A stretch of 64,000 nucleotides of DNA from Pseudoflavonifractor sp. (GTDB lineage Bacteria > Bacteroidota > Bacteroidia > Bacteroidales > Muribaculaceae): positions 1,375,118-1,439,117 of the forward strand of contig JAMPAQ010000001.1 of assembly GCA_023667145.1 (NCBI GenBank), read 5' to 3'. A model generated the notes under the pieces. That model was not told where the DNA came from. It made no database searches and saw only the letters and a program-made list of their open reading frames with translations. Made by a program: the position numbers and the translations under genes. Of this stretch, positions 1 through 11,059 are shown in pieces. Numbering within the stretch: the first letter of the stretch is position 1; each line of letters starts with the position of its first letter.

Positions 1-1809
1 GTTGTTGAGCAGGTTAAACAGTATCTGCCCGAGTCGTGACGCGTCGGTGTTGAGAGTCACGTCATCGGAGGATGACGGGTCGAGAGTCATGGTCACCCCC
101 GGTTGGAGCAGCGAGTTGGTGCTCTTTATCGCGATGTCACATATCGACCGTGCCGATACCGGCTCAATATCTATGCGCATCCCCGCGTTTTCGATGGTGG
201 CGATGTCGAGCACATCGTTGACAAGCGTCGTTATCAACTCGGAGTTGAGCGCTATTATCTTGGCATAGCGGTCGAGATAGCGGCGCTTCTCAGGCTCGAT
301 GCAGTCCACGATAAATTGCGAGTACTCCGTTATCGCGTTGAGCGGTGTCTTTACCTCGTGGCTCATGTTGTTGATAAACTCGGTCTTTTTCATGTCGGCG
401 CTCTTGGCCCGCTCGCGTGCCTCGATGAGGTCATGCTGGGTGCGTGCCAGGTTGTCGCGTTCGGTTGTCAGCTTCTGGTTGGTGTCGGCAAGGTCAGTGG
501 TCAGCCTGCGGGAGCGCACATAGAGTATCGTCATCACCAGCAGCGATATCACCAGCAAGGCGGTGGCTATCGTGCCCACGATTATCACGTTGCGCTGGGC
601 CGCTATCTCGGTCTGCTGCTTCTCGGACGCAAGACGCAGGTTCTGAGACCTCAGGCCGGTCACGTCATATATTATCTGTAGTTCGCGGTATCGTTCACTC
701 GACTTCTGCTCAAGCAAATCCTCAAGGCGTTTGCAGTACTTTCCAGCCGCGTCCATGTATGCCTCGTTGTCGCCGGTCGCCTCAGCCGCCGTCATAGTGG
801 CCTTGAGCAGGGCGGTGACATGGTGGCGGTTGCTTGGATTGTCAATCTGGCGTTTTAGTATGGGCAGCACCTCGGCATAGCGTTCGTTGGCCATCAGATA
901 GTATATGATGGCCCGCTCATCATCCTTCAGGTATGAGTCGACCTCGGGATCCTTGGCCGCGAGGTTGAGTATCCTGTGGTAATAATCCTCCACCTCCTCG
1001 TGCGACAGTGCCGGATAGTTTGACAATATGCGCCTGTAGCTGTTGTAGTAGTTGGCATTATAGCGGCGGTATCTGCGGCGCTCCTTGCGGTAGCGTTTCT
1101 CGAGCTGTTCGATTATCTTGAGCAACTCCTTTTCGGCGTTGACCGCCTTGTCGTGCTCTGACGCGGCGGTATATGCGTTGGTCGCCGACGTGTAGAAGAA
1201 ACTGCGCAGCGCCCCCGACGGTGACGGATATTCCAGGAGCAGCTTCTCAAGGTCGTCGTATGAGTCGGTCAGCAACGCGCCACGGCTCGCGTAGCCGAGC
1301 ATCGTGCAAAACCTGAACAGCTCGCCAATGCGCCCATCGGTGTCGGTCTCGGGTATCTTGCTGTAGCGGTTGAACGTCGCGGCAAGGCTGTCGCCCAGTT
1401 CCCGCTCTCCCATCCTCGACGCGTGGCTGTTGGCAATCATTGCCTTTATGAACAGCACCGTCTCGCGTTGGTCGTCATCGGGCGGCAGGGCCATGGCGTT
1501 GTTGAGAAATGTACGCTGCACCGAGTCCTCGCCCACGTGTATGTTGGTGAGCTGTCTCAGCATGTCGAGCTGGATGGTCGAGTTGGCCGTACGTTGGGCC
1601 ACGGCGAGTATCTCTCGTGCTATCCTGTCACGGTCAGTCCGCTTGGCCAGGTCAAACAGGTCATACAGTATCCTTATGCTGTCGGCTGCCGGCTTTGTCG
1701 TGGCGAGTTGCGCCTGTAGCCGGGCCGAGATGGCCTCGCGGTTTTCCTCTGCCATTCCCGGCAGGGCAAGTATGAGTAGCGTGATGACAAGAAGTGCTTT
1801 TCGATACAT
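1..1809 (-). CDS. Sensor histidine kinase, N-terminal part (the catalytic C-terminus lies beyond the left edge)
   Basis: Own minus-strand translation: ATG at 1809-1807, open through position 1 (603 codons, no stop, so it is absent from the ORF track). It has a signal-like N-terminus (MYRKALLVITLLILALPGMA), a long helical periplasmic part, a TM segment (IIVGTIATALLVISLLVMTILYV), a coiled coil and the HisKA H-box FINNMSHEVKTPLNAI. Confidence 0.8.
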   Translation of the reverse strand, partial: MYRKALLVITLLILALPGMAEENREAISARLQAQLATTKPAADSIRILYDLFDLAKRTDRDRIAREILAVAQRTANSTIQLDMLRQLTNIHVGEDSVQRTFLNNAMALPPDDDQRETVLFIKAMIANSHASRMGERELGDSLAATFNRYSKIPETDTDGRIGELFRFCTMLGYASRGALLTDSYDDLEKLLLEYPSPSGALRSFFYTSATNAYTAASEHDKAVNAEKELLKIIEQLEKRYRKERRRYRRYNANYYNSYRRILSNYPALSHEEVEDYYHRILNLAAKDPEVDSYLKDDERAIIYYLMANERYAEVLPILKRQIDNPSNRHHVTALLKATMTAAEATGDNEAYMDAAGKYCKRLEDLLEQKSSERYRELQIIYDVTGLRSQNLRLASEKQQTEIAAQRNVIIVGTIATALLVISLLVMTILYVRSRRLTTDLADTNQKLTTERDNLARTQHDLIEARERAKSADMKKTEFINNMSHEVKTPLNAITEYSQFIVDCIEPEKRRYLDRYAKIIALNSELITTLVNDVLDIATIENAGMRIDIEPVSARSICDIAIKSTNSLLQPGVTMTLDPSSSDDVTLNTDASRLGQILFNLLNN

Positions 1810-1901
1810 ATCCCAATCAGATTAACACGCAAATGTACTAAAAACCTCGCACCGATGTCATCGTTTCGTTTACAAAATTTTTAATTTTACAAAAAAAGCC
1901 A

Positions 1902-1909
1902 TATATTTG
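1902..1909 (+). promoter_or_regulatory. Bacteroidota sigma-A -7 box (TATATTTG) for the peptidase gene
   Basis: Exact TAnnTTTG match about 54 nt upstream of the ATG at 1963. Confidence 0.45.
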
Positions 1910-1962
1910 TCAGATAAGAAATACCATAACGGAGATCACAGAGCCAATCAAACCATAGTATT

Positions 1963-3165
1963 ATGAGAAAATATATCCTTTCCGGCCTGTTGGCCGTAGC
2001 GGTGTCTGCTGTGTCGAGCGCCGACGACAAGGTTGTTGTCCCCGACAGCACCGGCTTCAAGTTCACTGATGTAAAAGTCGTTAAGACAACCCCCGTCAAG
2101 GACCAGAACCGTACCGGCACATGCTGGTGTTTCTCGGGTAACTCATTCTTTGAGGACGAGATACTGCGCAAGGGTGGTGGCGAGCAGGACCTGTCGGAGA
2201 TGTTTGTCGTGCGCCAGTGCTATCTTGACAAGGCTGACAAGTATATCCGCATGAACGGTGCCGTCAACTTTGCGCAGGGCGGCTCCTCGCTCGATGTCCC
2301 CTACGTTTGGAAGCGTTACGGCGCTGTTCCCGAGGAGGTGTATGCCGGACTTGAGTACGGTGAGGACGGCCACAGCCACTATGAGATGGCAGCTGCCCTC
2401 AAGGCATATCTCGATGCCATAAACCGCAATCCCAACAAACGCCTCTCCACGGCATGGAAAAAAGGATTTGAGGGAATACTTGATGCCTACCTTGGCAAGG
2501 TTCCCGAGACATTCACCTACAATGGCAAGACCTACACGCCGCAGTCATACGCCAAGGAGATGGGACTTGTTGCCGATGACTATATACCCGTGACATCGTG
2601 GACCCACCATCCATTCTATGAGACATTTGCCCTTGAGGTCGCCGACAACTGGATATGGGGTCAGTACCACAACGTGCCTCTTGACGAACTCAAGGCCATC
2701 GTCGACAACGCCATCGACAACGGCTATTCGGTAGTATGGGCTGCTGATGTCAGCGAGGGCGGTTTCAAGTGGCGCAACGGCTATGCGCTCCTCCCCGAGA
2801 AGACCGATGAGAAAAGCCTTGAGGGTACCGAACTCGCACGCTGGACCCAGCTCTCCGACAAAGATCGCGAGAGCGCACGATTTGACATAAAGGGCCCGGT
2901 CAAGGAGGAGACTGTGACCCAGGAGTCGCGTCAGGCCGGGTTTGACCGTCAGGAGACCACCGACGACCACGGCATGGTCATAGTGGGACGTGCTGTCGAC
3001 CAGGAGGGCAACAAGTATTACAAGGTGAAGAACTCGTGGAACACCAATCAGCTCTACAACGGCTATCTCTACGTATCCGAACCCTACTTCCTTGCCAAGA
3101 CCATCGACATCCTTGTCAACCGTGAGGCCATCCCCAAGGATATAGCCCGTAAGATGAAACTCTGA
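1963..3165 (+). CDS. C1-family cysteine peptidase (aminopeptidase C / bleomycin hydrolase-like) with signal peptide
   Basis: 400 aa. N-terminal signal MRKYILSGLLAVAVSAVSSA. Catalytic Cys context KDQNRTGTCWCFSGNSF, and a C-terminal WGxxxG-type region (DDHGMVIVG...KVKNSWN). Confidence 0.75.
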   Translation: MRKYILSGLLAVAVSAVSSADDKVVVPDSTGFKFTDVKVVKTTPVKDQNRTGTCWCFSGNSFFEDEILRKGGGEQDLSEMFVVRQCYLDKADKYIRMNGAVNFAQGGSSLDVPYVWKRYGAVPEEVYAGLEYGEDGHSHYEMAAALKAYLDAINRNPNKRLSTAWKKGFEGILDAYLGKVPETFTYNGKTYTPQSYAKEMGLVADDYIPVTSWTHHPFYETFALEVADNWIWGQYHNVPLDELKAIVDNAIDNGYSVVWAADVSEGGFKWRNGYALLPEKTDEKSLEGTELARWTQLSDKDRESARFDIKGPVKEETVTQESRQAGFDRQETTDDHGMVIVGRAVDQEGNKYYKVKNSWNTNQLYNGYLYVSEPYFLAKTIDILVNREAIPKDIARKMKL

Positions 3166-3202
3166 CCACTCCCCATCCATCACGATACAGATTGGAGCAG
3201 AC

Positions 3203-4030
3203 ATGCCGCCGCGTGTGTTTGCTCCAACATTGTTTAACGTAAACCCATATCAGATGACCGATAGCGAGATAAAGGAATTGCTCGACCGCGAGGCTCGCCG
3301 CATCAATTCCCCTGACTTTATCGACCGCGACCCTGTGCAGTTCCCACGGCGTTATGAGCGGTTGCAAGACATAGAGATAGCCGCCCTGCTCAGCGCGACC
3401 ATAGCGTGGGGCAACCGCAAGATGATATGTCGCGACTGCGACCGTATGCTGGCCATGATGGAAAACCGCCCCTATGACTTTGTCATGGACGGGGCCTTTG
3501 AGGAGTTGCCCGACGGCAACATCCACCGCACCTTCTTTGTCAGCAACCTGCGTCACTACCTGCGGGGTCTCCGGGCCATCTACAGCCGCCACGGCTCGTT
3601 ACAGCAGTTTGCGCGGAGTGTCGGCATCGCGTCCGACGAGTTTCCCTCGTGGCGGCTTGTCGCGGCCATGAATGGCGAGCTGTCCGCTGCCAACGGCGGT
3701 CTCGCTGACAGCCGCTGTCTCCCCGGCAACCTTGCCACGACCGCCCTCAAGAGGGTCAACATGGCGTTGCGTTGGCTTGTGCGCGACGATGGTATTGTTG
3801 ACCTCGGTGTCTGGGATGTCATACGCCCCTCCCAGCTCTATATCCCACTCGATGTCCATGTCGGCAACACGGCCCGTGACATGGGGCTGCTCACGCGACG
3901 GGCCGATGACCGCCGCTCGGTTGTCGAGCTTACCGACCGTCTGCGTGAGATGCGACCCGACGACCCGGTGTGGTACGATTTTGCCCTGTTTGGCATCGGC
4001 GTTGACCCCGCTGTAAAGGCGTTAAGCTAA
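3203..4030 (+). CDS. TIGR02757 (DUF2400) family protein
   Basis: 275 aa. Motifs DPVQFPRRY, IAALLSATIAWGNRKMI and DVHVGNTARDMGLL resemble this family. An alternative ATG lies at 3254. Confidence 0.6.
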   Translation: MPPRVFAPTLFNVNPYQMTDSEIKELLDREARRINSPDFIDRDPVQFPRRYERLQDIEIAALLSATIAWGNRKMICRDCDRMLAMMENRPYDFVMDGAFEELPDGNIHRTFFVSNLRHYLRGLRAIYSRHGSLQQFARSVGIASDEFPSWRLVAAMNGELSAANGGLADSRCLPGNLATTALKRVNMALRWLVRDDGIVDLGVWDVIRPSQLYIPLDVHVGNTARDMGLLTRRADDRRSVVELTDRLREMRPDDPVWYDFALFGIGVDPAVKALS

Positions 4031-4123
4031 ATTAACTCAACCACAGCTCTCCGACATTGGTTACTGTTGTATCTTTACAATCATATTGGCATGACTTTGT
4101 CGTGCCATAAATTCCAACACGAT

Positions 4124-4513
4124 ATGAAGAAAATCTTAACACTCTGCATTACTCTGCTTGCCGGTTGCGTGGCGGCATTGGCCGCCGGCCCCTACATGGC
4201 GATGCTTGAGAAGTCACATGATTTCGGTACCATCAAGGAGAAGGATGGTGTCGTCAGCTACGAGTTTGAGTTTGTCAACAAGGGCGATGAGCCGCTGCTG
4301 ATAATGTCGGCCAAGGCTTCGTGCGGATGCACCAAGCCCATATTTCCGAAACATCCCGTTGCTCCCGGCAAGAGCGGGCGCATAAAGGTGTCCTACAATC
4401 CTGCCGGCCGTCCCGGAGAGTTCAACAAGACTGTCCGCGTGCGCACCAACATGGAGGGCAAGGACAAGAATACCACCCTTGTCATCACCGGGGTAGTCGT
4501 CCCGAAGAAATAA
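4124..4513 (+). CDS. DUF1573 domain lipoprotein
   Basis: The ORF-track start at 4067 is TTG. The ATG at 4124 gives MKKILTLCITLLAGC (lipobox). The DUF1573-like core reads HDFGTIKEKDG...FVNKGDEPLLI...ASCGCTKP. Confidence 0.7.
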   Translation: MKKILTLCITLLAGCVAALAAGPYMAMLEKSHDFGTIKEKDGVVSYEFEFVNKGDEPLLIMSAKASCGCTKPIFPKHPVAPGKSGRIKVSYNPAGRPGEFNKTVRVRTNMEGKDKNTTLVITGVVVPKK

Positions 4514-4532
4514 CCGCCATATCCTCCAGCCA

Positions 4533-5603
4533 GTGAAAACCGTATATTCAGCCATCATAGCCCTCGCCGTGTCGGCCACTATCTCGGCTCAGCCGCGTGT
4601 CGAGTGGTTGGAGACCGAGCATGATTTTGGAGCCTTTGACGAGGACTGCGGCAAGGTGTCGTGTGTGTTCAAAGGGGTGAACCGTGGCGATGAGCCGTTG
4701 GTGGTCCTCGCCGTGCGTACCAATTGCGGCTGCACCGCCTCCACCGTATCAGGCACTTCGTTTGCTCCCGGTGACACGCTGTGTGTGACCGCCACGTATG
4801 ATGCTGTAGGCCGTCCGGGCCGCTTCACCAAGCGTGTCTATGTCGATACCAACACCGACCCGTCCCGCTCGACCCTCACGGTCAAGGGTTCGGTAATCGG
4901 GGCGGCCAACACTGTCCGTAGCCGTTACCCGGTCGATGCGGGTGTGCTCAAGCTCCGTACCGCCGTGGTGCCTTTTGGCGAGGTCAAGAAAGGCAAGGCC
5001 AAGATGGCCTTTATCGAGGGTTACAACATGTCATCCGACTCCATAACCCCGTCGTGGTCGACCCTCCCGGGTTACATCACCATGACATGCGCCCCCAAGG
5101 TGGTGCCGCCGGGTGAGCGTCTGTCCCTGTCGGTCTACTACAACACGGCGTTTTCTGATGCCTGGGGGCTTTCGACCGATACCATCTCGATAATACCTGA
5201 TCATGATGCCACCCCGTTCCCGGTCACCACGACGATAATAGTATCGGAGGATTTCTCACGCCTCACTCCCGGCCAGATGATCAACGCGCCCCACGCCCGC
5301 ATCTCTGACGAGTCGCTCGATTTCGGGCGTGTCGAGCGCGGCAAGGTTGTCACCGCCTCGTTCACGATAGAGAATACGGGCAAGGACCCGCTGCTGATAC
5401 GTCGCGTGACCTCGCTTGATCCCGGTGTAACGCTACATGTCGACAAGACCACCGTCAAGAAGGGTAAGCGGGCGACCGTGCGTGTCTCGGTCGATACATC
5501 CAAGACCACCGGCGACCTGCTCAACTCGCGGGCGACGGTAATTACCAATGACCCTGACCATCCGCAGGCCGTCGTACGCCTTGTCGGACAATATGATCGG
5601 TAA
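4533..5603 (+). CDS. DUF1573 domain protein (two to three Ig-like modules)
   Basis: GTG start at 4533 with a signal-like N-terminus. DUF1573 signatures recur: HDFGAFDEDCG...NRGDEPLVV...TNCGCTA and LDFGRVERGK...NTGKDPLLI. Confidence 0.7.
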   Translation: MKTVYSAIIALAVSATISAQPRVEWLETEHDFGAFDEDCGKVSCVFKGVNRGDEPLVVLAVRTNCGCTASTVSGTSFAPGDTLCVTATYDAVGRPGRFTKRVYVDTNTDPSRSTLTVKGSVIGAANTVRSRYPVDAGVLKLRTAVVPFGEVKKGKAKMAFIEGYNMSSDSITPSWSTLPGYITMTCAPKVVPPGERLSLSVYYNTAFSDAWGLSTDTISIIPDHDATPFPVTTTIIVSEDFSRLTPGQMINAPHARISDESLDFGRVERGKVVTASFTIENTGKDPLLIRRVTSLDPGVTLHVDKTTVKKGKRATVRVSVDTSKTTGDLLNSRATVITNDPDHPQAVVRLVGQYDR

Positions 5604-5634
5604 TCACTCCACGACCATAACCTAAATCAACAGC

Positions 5635-6735
5635 ATGAACCATATAGAGAACGATTCAGAATACACCGGGCTTACCGTCAACTCCGGCGTCGAGCAGCCG
5701 CCGGTGGTCAATCCCTATCTGCGTCAGCGCCGCCGCAGGTCGCTCCCGTCGGCCTCGGAGCTTGTCGAGGGTATACTCAAGGGCGACATAACCACCCTAA
5801 GCCGTGCCGTGACGCTCGTCGAGAGCCTGTCGCCCGACCATCAGGCCATTGCTCAGGAGGTCATCGAGAAGTGTCTGCCTTACTCGGGCGACTCGCGGCG
5901 CATAGGTATCACCGGCGTCCCTGGTGCGGGCAAAAGCACCTCGATTGATGTCTTCGGCCTCCACGTTCTGCGTGGCGGCGGCAAACTCGCTGTCCTCGCC
6001 ATCGACCCGTCGAGCGAGCGTACCAAGGGCAGCATCCTCGGCGACAAGACACGCATGGAGAAACTTGCCGTCCACCCTGACGCGTTCATACGCCCCAGCC
6101 CGTCGGCGGGTTCGCTTGGTGGTGTCGCACGCAAGACCCGCGAGACAATCGTCCTCTGTGAGGCTGCCGGATACAACAACATATTTGTCGAGACCGTGGG
6201 GGTGGGGCAGAGTGAGACCGCCGTCCACTCGATGGTCGATTTCTTCCTGTTGATACAGCTTGCCGGCACCGGCGATGAGCTTCAGGGCATCAAGCGTGGC
6301 ATCATGGAGATGGCCGACGGCATAGTCATCAACAAGGCCGATGGCGACAATATCGACCGCGCCACACTGGCTCAGGCACAGTTCCGCAGCGCCCTCCACC
6401 TGTTTCCGCCGACGACCTCGGGCTGGATTCCCGAGGTGCTGTGCTATTCGGGCTACTATGAGATTGGCATCCCCGAGGTGTGGGACATGATTGACCGTTA
6501 CTTTGAGTTCGTCCGGGCCAACGGTTATTTTGAGCAGAAGCGCCGGCAGCAATCACGCTACTGGATGTTCGAGACCATCGACGAGCAGCTGAAGGCCCAC
6601 TTCTACAACAATCCCGATGTCGAGGCCATGTTGCGCGACCGTGAGCGGCGCGTGCTGTCCCGGACACAGAGTTCGTTTACAGCGGCGAGGGATGTGCTCG
6701 ACTTCTACTTCGCTCAAAAAAATAACGAGCTTTAA
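5635..6735 (+). CDS. meaB: MeaB/ArgK-type G3E GTPase (methylmalonyl-CoA mutase-associated)
   Basis: 366 aa. P-loop GVPGAGKST, ETVGVGQSE and NKADGD motifs. No mutase gene is present in the window. Confidence 0.8.
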   Translation: MNHIENDSEYTGLTVNSGVEQPPVVNPYLRQRRRRSLPSASELVEGILKGDITTLSRAVTLVESLSPDHQAIAQEVIEKCLPYSGDSRRIGITGVPGAGKSTSIDVFGLHVLRGGGKLAVLAIDPSSERTKGSILGDKTRMEKLAVHPDAFIRPSPSAGSLGGVARKTRETIVLCEAAGYNNIFVETVGVGQSETAVHSMVDFFLLIQLAGTGDELQGIKRGIMEMADGIVINKADGDNIDRATLAQAQFRSALHLFPPTTSGWIPEVLCYSGYYEIGIPEVWDMIDRYFEFVRANGYFEQKRRQQSRYWMFETIDEQLKAHFYNNPDVEAMLRDRERRVLSRTQSSFTAARDVLDFYFAQKNNEL

Positions 6736-6770
6736 CTGTCGCGGGCGAGATATATGCACCCATCATGGAT

Positions 6771-6778
6771 TATCTTTG
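6771..6778 (+). promoter_or_regulatory. -7 box TATCTTTG for recA
   Basis: Exact TAnnTTTG match 27 nt upstream of the ATG at 6805. Confidence 0.5.
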
Positions 6779-6804
6779 TATCATAAAATTAAATCTGACA
6801 TAAA

Positions 6805-8049
6805 ATGGAAAAAACCAAGAAAACTACCATAAAGAAGAAGGATAAGGACGCGGCTCCCGTCGATCCCAAGAAAGCCAAGCTCGACGCTCTGACCGCCGCC
6901 CTTGGCCGTATTGAGAAAAACTATGGCCGTGGCGCTATCATGAAGCTCGGCGAGGAGGTTGTCGAGAATGTCGAGGTCATACCGACCGGCTCCATCGGCC
7001 TTAACTTCGCGCTTGGCGTGGGTGGATTCCCCCGTGGGCGCATCATCGAGATATTCGGCCCCGAGTCGTCGGGTAAGACCACACTCGCCATCCACGCCAT
7101 AGCCGAGGCGCAAAAGGCCGGAGGCATCGCCGCCATCATTGATGCCGAGCACGCCTTTGACCGTTTCTATGCCGAAAAACTTGGTGTCGATGTCAACAAC
7201 CTGCTCATTTCCCAACCTGATAACGGTGAGCAGGCGCTTGAGATCACAGAGCAGCTCATACGCTCGTCGGCAGTCGATATCATTGTGGTTGACTCGGTCG
7301 CAGCCCTTACCCCCAAGAGCGAGATTGACGGCACGATGGGTGACCGTAACATGGGTCTTCAGGCTCGTTTGATGTCACAGGCCATGCGCAAGCTCACCGG
7401 TGCAATCGCACGCTCCAACACCACCTGTATCTTCATCAACCAGCTGCGTGAGAAGATTGGCGCTATGTTCGGCCCCTCCGAGACAACGACCGGCGGTAAC
7501 GCCCTCAAGTTCTACGCCTCGGTTCGTGTTGACATCCGCAGTTCGACCGCTGTCAAGGACGGTGACGATGTCCTTGGCCGCACTACCCGTGTCAAGGTCG
7601 TCAAAAACAAGGTTGCGCCCCCCTTCCGTCGCGCCCAGTTTGACATCATGTTTGGCGAGGGCATCTCGCGTCCGAGCGAGATTATAGACCTTGGTGTCGA
7701 TTACAACGTGATACAGAAAAGCGGATCGTGGTTCAGCTACGACGGGACCAAGCTCGCCCAGGGCCGTGAGGCGGCAAAGAAGGTGATAGCCGACAATCCC
7801 GAGCTTGCCGAGGAGCTTGAGGCCAAGATTATGGCCGCGCTCAAGGAGGCGGCCGCCAACGGTACGCTCAAGTCGCCCGGAAGCAAGAAGTCCAAGAAAA
7901 AGACATCGTCCAAGTCCAAGTCAGAGCCTGAGGTCAGCCGTGACGATGAGGATGAGGAGGATGAGCGCGAGGAGGCCGAGCAGGATGAACTCGATTTTGA
8001 CGACACGATGCCCGACGACTTCTCCATCGAGGAGGATGCCGAGGAATAG
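6805..8049 (+). CDS. recA: Recombinase RecA with extended charged termini
   Basis: 414 aa. Walker [30 protein letters not shown], and L2-region [30 protein letters not shown]. Confidence 0.97.
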   Translation: MEKTKKTTIKKKDKDAAPVDPKKAKLDALTAALGRIEKNYGRGAIMKLGEEVVENVEVIPTGSIGLNFALGVGGFPRGRIIEIFGPESSGKTTLAIHAIAEAQKAGGIAAIIDAEHAFDRFYAEKLGVDVNNLLISQPDNGEQALEITEQLIRSSAVDIIVVDSVAALTPKSEIDGTMGDRNMGLQARLMSQAMRKLTGAIARSNTTCIFINQLREKIGAMFGPSETTTGGNALKFYASVRVDIRSSTAVKDGDDVLGRTTRVKVVKNKVAPPFRRAQFDIMFGEGISRPSEIIDLGVDYNVIQKSGSWFSYDGTKLAQGREAAKKVIADNPELAEELEAKIMAALKEAAANGTLKSPGSKKSKKKTSSKSKSEPEVSRDDEDEEDEREEAEQDELDFDDTMPDDFSIEEDAEE

Positions 8050-8088
8050 CCCCGCGCCCTCACTTCGTCAACGAGTCTGCAACCATTC

Positions 8089-8118
8089 CGACGCCCGCCC
8101 GGTTTCCGGCGGGCGTCG
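8089..8118. terminator. 11-bp GC-rich hairpin between the convergent recA and mutS genes
   Basis: cgacgcccgcc / ggcgggcgtcg arms with an 8-nt loop. There is no clear U-tract on either strand. Confidence 0.4.
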
Positions 8119-8208
8119 TCAGTTAATATGGGGGTACGTCGGCACGTATATGCCGACATGTCTGTCACCGTAATGTTGTGCTTGCCACAACCTATGTCAC
8201 CATGCGGC

Positions 8209-10821
8209 TCAATCCTTGCCGGTGATTATCTTCTTGATGTCGTGGAGCTTGTTGAGCGCTGCCATCGGTGTGAGGTTGTTGATGTCGGTGTGCAGTATCT
8301 CATCGCGTATCTGCGTCAGCACGGGGTCGTCGAGCTGGAAGAATGACAGCTGCATTCCCGAGCGCTCCTCTGCGACTCCGGCGAGGTCTTTCTCTATCGA
8401 GTCGCGGCGGTTGGCGGTCTCAAGATGCTTGAGCACCTCGCCTGCTCGCCTCACTATCGCCGGCGGCATCCCCGCTATCTTGGCTACGTGGATGCCGAAG
8501 CTGTGCTCCGACCCTCCCCGGGCCAGCTTGCGCAGGAACACGACCTTGCCGTTGATTTCCTTTACCGACACGTTGTAGTTGACCACGCGGCCAAATGTCC
8601 GTTCCATCTCGTTGAGCTCGTGGTAGTGGGTCGCAAACATGGTCTTGGGATGCTCCGTGCCATGCTCGTGGAGATGTTCCACGATGGCCCACGCTATCGA
8701 GATGCCGTCGTAGGTCGAGGTGCCGCGTCCGAGTTCGTCAAACAGAATCAGTGACCGGCGGCTCATGTTGTGGAGTATTGATGCGGCCTCGTTCATCTCC
8801 ACCATGAATGTCGACTCGCCAAGCGATATGTTGTCGCTTGCCCCGACGCGGGTGAAGATTTTGTCGACAATGCCTATGCGGGCGCTGTCGGCTGCCACGA
8901 AACATCCAATCTGAGCCATCAGCACGTTTAGCGCCGTCTGCCTCAGCAGGGCCGACTTGCCCGACATGTTGGGTCCGGTTATCATCATCACCTGCTGGCC
9001 GGTGTTTGACAGCGATACGGAGTTGGAGATGTATGGTTCGCCGGGAGGGAGCTGTTTCTCGATGACGGGATGCCGTCCCTCGGTGATGACGATGTCGAGC
9101 GAGTCGTCAACAACAGGGCGGTTGTAGTGGTTCTCAAGCGCGACGCGGGTAAACGCCGACAGGCAGTCGAGCCGCGCCACCAACGACGCGTCGAGCTGTA
9201 TGGCCGGGATATACTCGGTCAGCCGCGCCACAAGCTCATTGTACAGCCGCGTCTCTATCGACAGTATTTTCTCCTGTGCGCCGAGTATCTTCTCCTCATA
9301 CTCCTTGAGTTCTTGGGTGATGTAGCGTTCGGCGTTGACGAGCGTCTGCTTGCGTATCCACTCCTTGGGTACCTTGTCCTTGTGGGTATTGGTCACCTCT
9401 ATGTAGTAGCCGAAGACGTTGTTGTAGCCGATCTTGAGGCTCGGGATGCCGGTCATCTCCGACTCGCGCACCTGTATTCTCATCAGGTAGTCCTTGCCCT
9501 TGTAGGCAATCTCGCGCAGCTCGTCGAGTTCCTTGTCAACCCCGTCGGCTATGACGTTGCCACGGTTGACAGCCGACGGCGCGTCGGCCACCAGTTCGCG
9601 GCCTATGCGGTCGCGTATGGAGGCGCACTCGTTGAGCTGTTCCCCTATGGCGTGGAGCGCGTCGAGACCTGCGTCGAGGCAGAGCCGCTTTATCGGCTCT
9701 ATGGCCGTGAGGGCGGTCTTGAGCTGCACGACCTCGCGTGGCGATATGCGGCCCACGGCAGCTTTGGATATGAGGCGTTCCATGTCGCCTACCTGTTCGA
9801 GGGCTTCACGAAGAGCCTCGCGATTGTCGCGCTCCCGCATGAAGTATTCCACAACGTCGAGCCGTCCGTTGATGCTTTTCACGTCCTTGAGCGGAAAGAG
9901 CATCCATCGGCGCAGCAGACGTGCCCCCATCGGCGAGACGGTGCGGTCAATCACGCTCAACAGGCTTTTACCGTCGTCAGCGAGCGGTTCGACAAGCTCC
10001 AGGTTCCTGACGGTAAACTTGTCGAGCCTCACGTAGCTCTCCTCCTCGACCCGCGCCAGCCGGCTGATGTGGCTTATCTGGGTGTGCCGGGTGATGTCGA
10101 GATAGTGGAGTATGGCCCCTGCAGCGATGATGGCCGCGTGGAGGCGGTCGATGCCAAACCCCTTGAGATTCCTGGTCTCAAACTGCTTGATCAGCCGGTC
10201 GTGGGCGGCATCCTGCGTGAATATCCAGTCGTCAAGCTCAAAGGTGAGGTATCGGGCTGTCAGCGTCTCGTCGAGCAGCTTGCGCTTGCCACGCTCCACA
10301 AGCAGTTCCTTGGGGGCGAAGTTGGCCAGCAGCTTGTCGATGTAGTCGTTGCTCCCCTCGGCGGTCAGGAACTCGCCTGTCGAGATGTCGAGGAATGCGA
10401 CCCCCGTCACCCCACGTCCAAAGTGGATGGCGGCCACGAAGTTGTTTTCGCGGTGGTCGAGTACGGTGTCGTTGATTGACACTCCCGGGGTGACCAATTC
10501 GGTGATACCGCGCTTCACGAGCTTCTTGGCCAGCTTGGGGTCCTCAAGCTGCTCACAGATGGCCACGCGCTTGCCGGCGCGTACGAGCTTGGGCAGGTAG
10601 GTGTCGAGCGCGTGGTGGGGAAATCCCGCCAGTTCGACGTACTGTGCCGCCCCGTTGGCTCGGCGTGTCAGCGTGATGCCGAGTATCTCCGATGCCGTTA
10701 TGGCGTCGTCGGAGAATGTCTCGTAGAAGTCGCCGACCCTGAACAGCATCACCGCATCGGGATGTTTCTGCTTCATCTCAAAGTACTGCTTCATCAACGG
10801 GGTCTCAACTATCTTTGCCAT
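8209..10821 (-). CDS. mutS: DNA mismatch repair protein MutS
   Basis: 870 aa. N-terminal [28 protein letters not shown] and Walker [14 protein letters not shown]. Confidence 0.97.
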   Translation of the reverse strand: MAKIVETPLMKQYFEMKQKHPDAVMLFRVGDFYETFSDDAITASEILGITLTRRANGAAQYVELAGFPHHALDTYLPKLVRAGKRVAICEQLEDPKLAKKLVKRGITELVTPGVSINDTVLDHRENNFVAAIHFGRGVTGVAFLDISTGEFLTAEGSNDYIDKLLANFAPKELLVERGKRKLLDETLTARYLTFELDDWIFTQDAAHDRLIKQFETRNLKGFGIDRLHAAIIAAGAILHYLDITRHTQISHISRLARVEEESYVRLDKFTVRNLELVEPLADDGKSLLSVIDRTVSPMGARLLRRWMLFPLKDVKSINGRLDVVEYFMRERDNREALREALEQVGDMERLISKAAVGRISPREVVQLKTALTAIEPIKRLCLDAGLDALHAIGEQLNECASIRDRIGRELVADAPSAVNRGNVIADGVDKELDELREIAYKGKDYLMRIQVRESEMTGIPSLKIGYNNVFGYYIEVTNTHKDKVPKEWIRKQTLVNAERYITQELKEYEEKILGAQEKILSIETRLYNELVARLTEYIPAIQLDASLVARLDCLSAFTRVALENHYNRPVVDDSLDIVITEGRHPVIEKQLPPGEPYISNSVSLSNTGQQVMMITGPNMSGKSALLRQTALNVLMAQIGCFVAADSARIGIVDKIFTRVGASDNISLGESTFMVEMNEAASILHNMSRRSLILFDELGRGTSTYDGISIAWAIVEHLHEHGTEHPKTMFATHYHELNEMERTFGRVVNYNVSVKEINGKVVFLRKLARGGSEHSFGIHVAKIAGMPPAIVRRAGEVLKHLETANRRDSIEKDLAGVAEERSGMQLSFFQLDDPVLTQIRDEILHTDINNLTPMAALNKLHDIKKIITGKD

Positions 10822-11059
10822 CTAATCGCTATCTTTCAACCGTAAAATTACAAAAATTCCCCCTCTTCACAACCCTTTCCCCCGATTTTCCTTCCCCACC
10901 CCCGGCCATCTTCGGCCTCAGAGTACCAATAACGCGTCCCAACGGAACATCACGGCGACATCCGGGATGCATGGCCGGGGCAGCTCGGTGCATGGGGACA
11001 TTGGGATAGACGGGAGGGTATGTTGCGGTGACATTATTTCCGGCCTTGGTGTGGTGGGG

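Noticed and set aside
8089-8118. Calling the recA/mutS hairpin a bidirectional intrinsic terminator.
   Set aside because: I kept it only as a low-confidence feature because neither strand has a U-tract after the stem.
9070-10479. 469-aa plus-strand ORF antisense to mutS. Similar long antisense ORFs lie at 5797-6552, 41398-42234, 48794-49567 and 61618-62292.
   Set aside because: Each lies entirely inside a gene with unmistakable motifs on the other strand. The translations are low-complexity (V/G/R/H/L-rich) with no motifs. Long stop-free antisense frames are expected in GC-rich coding DNA.
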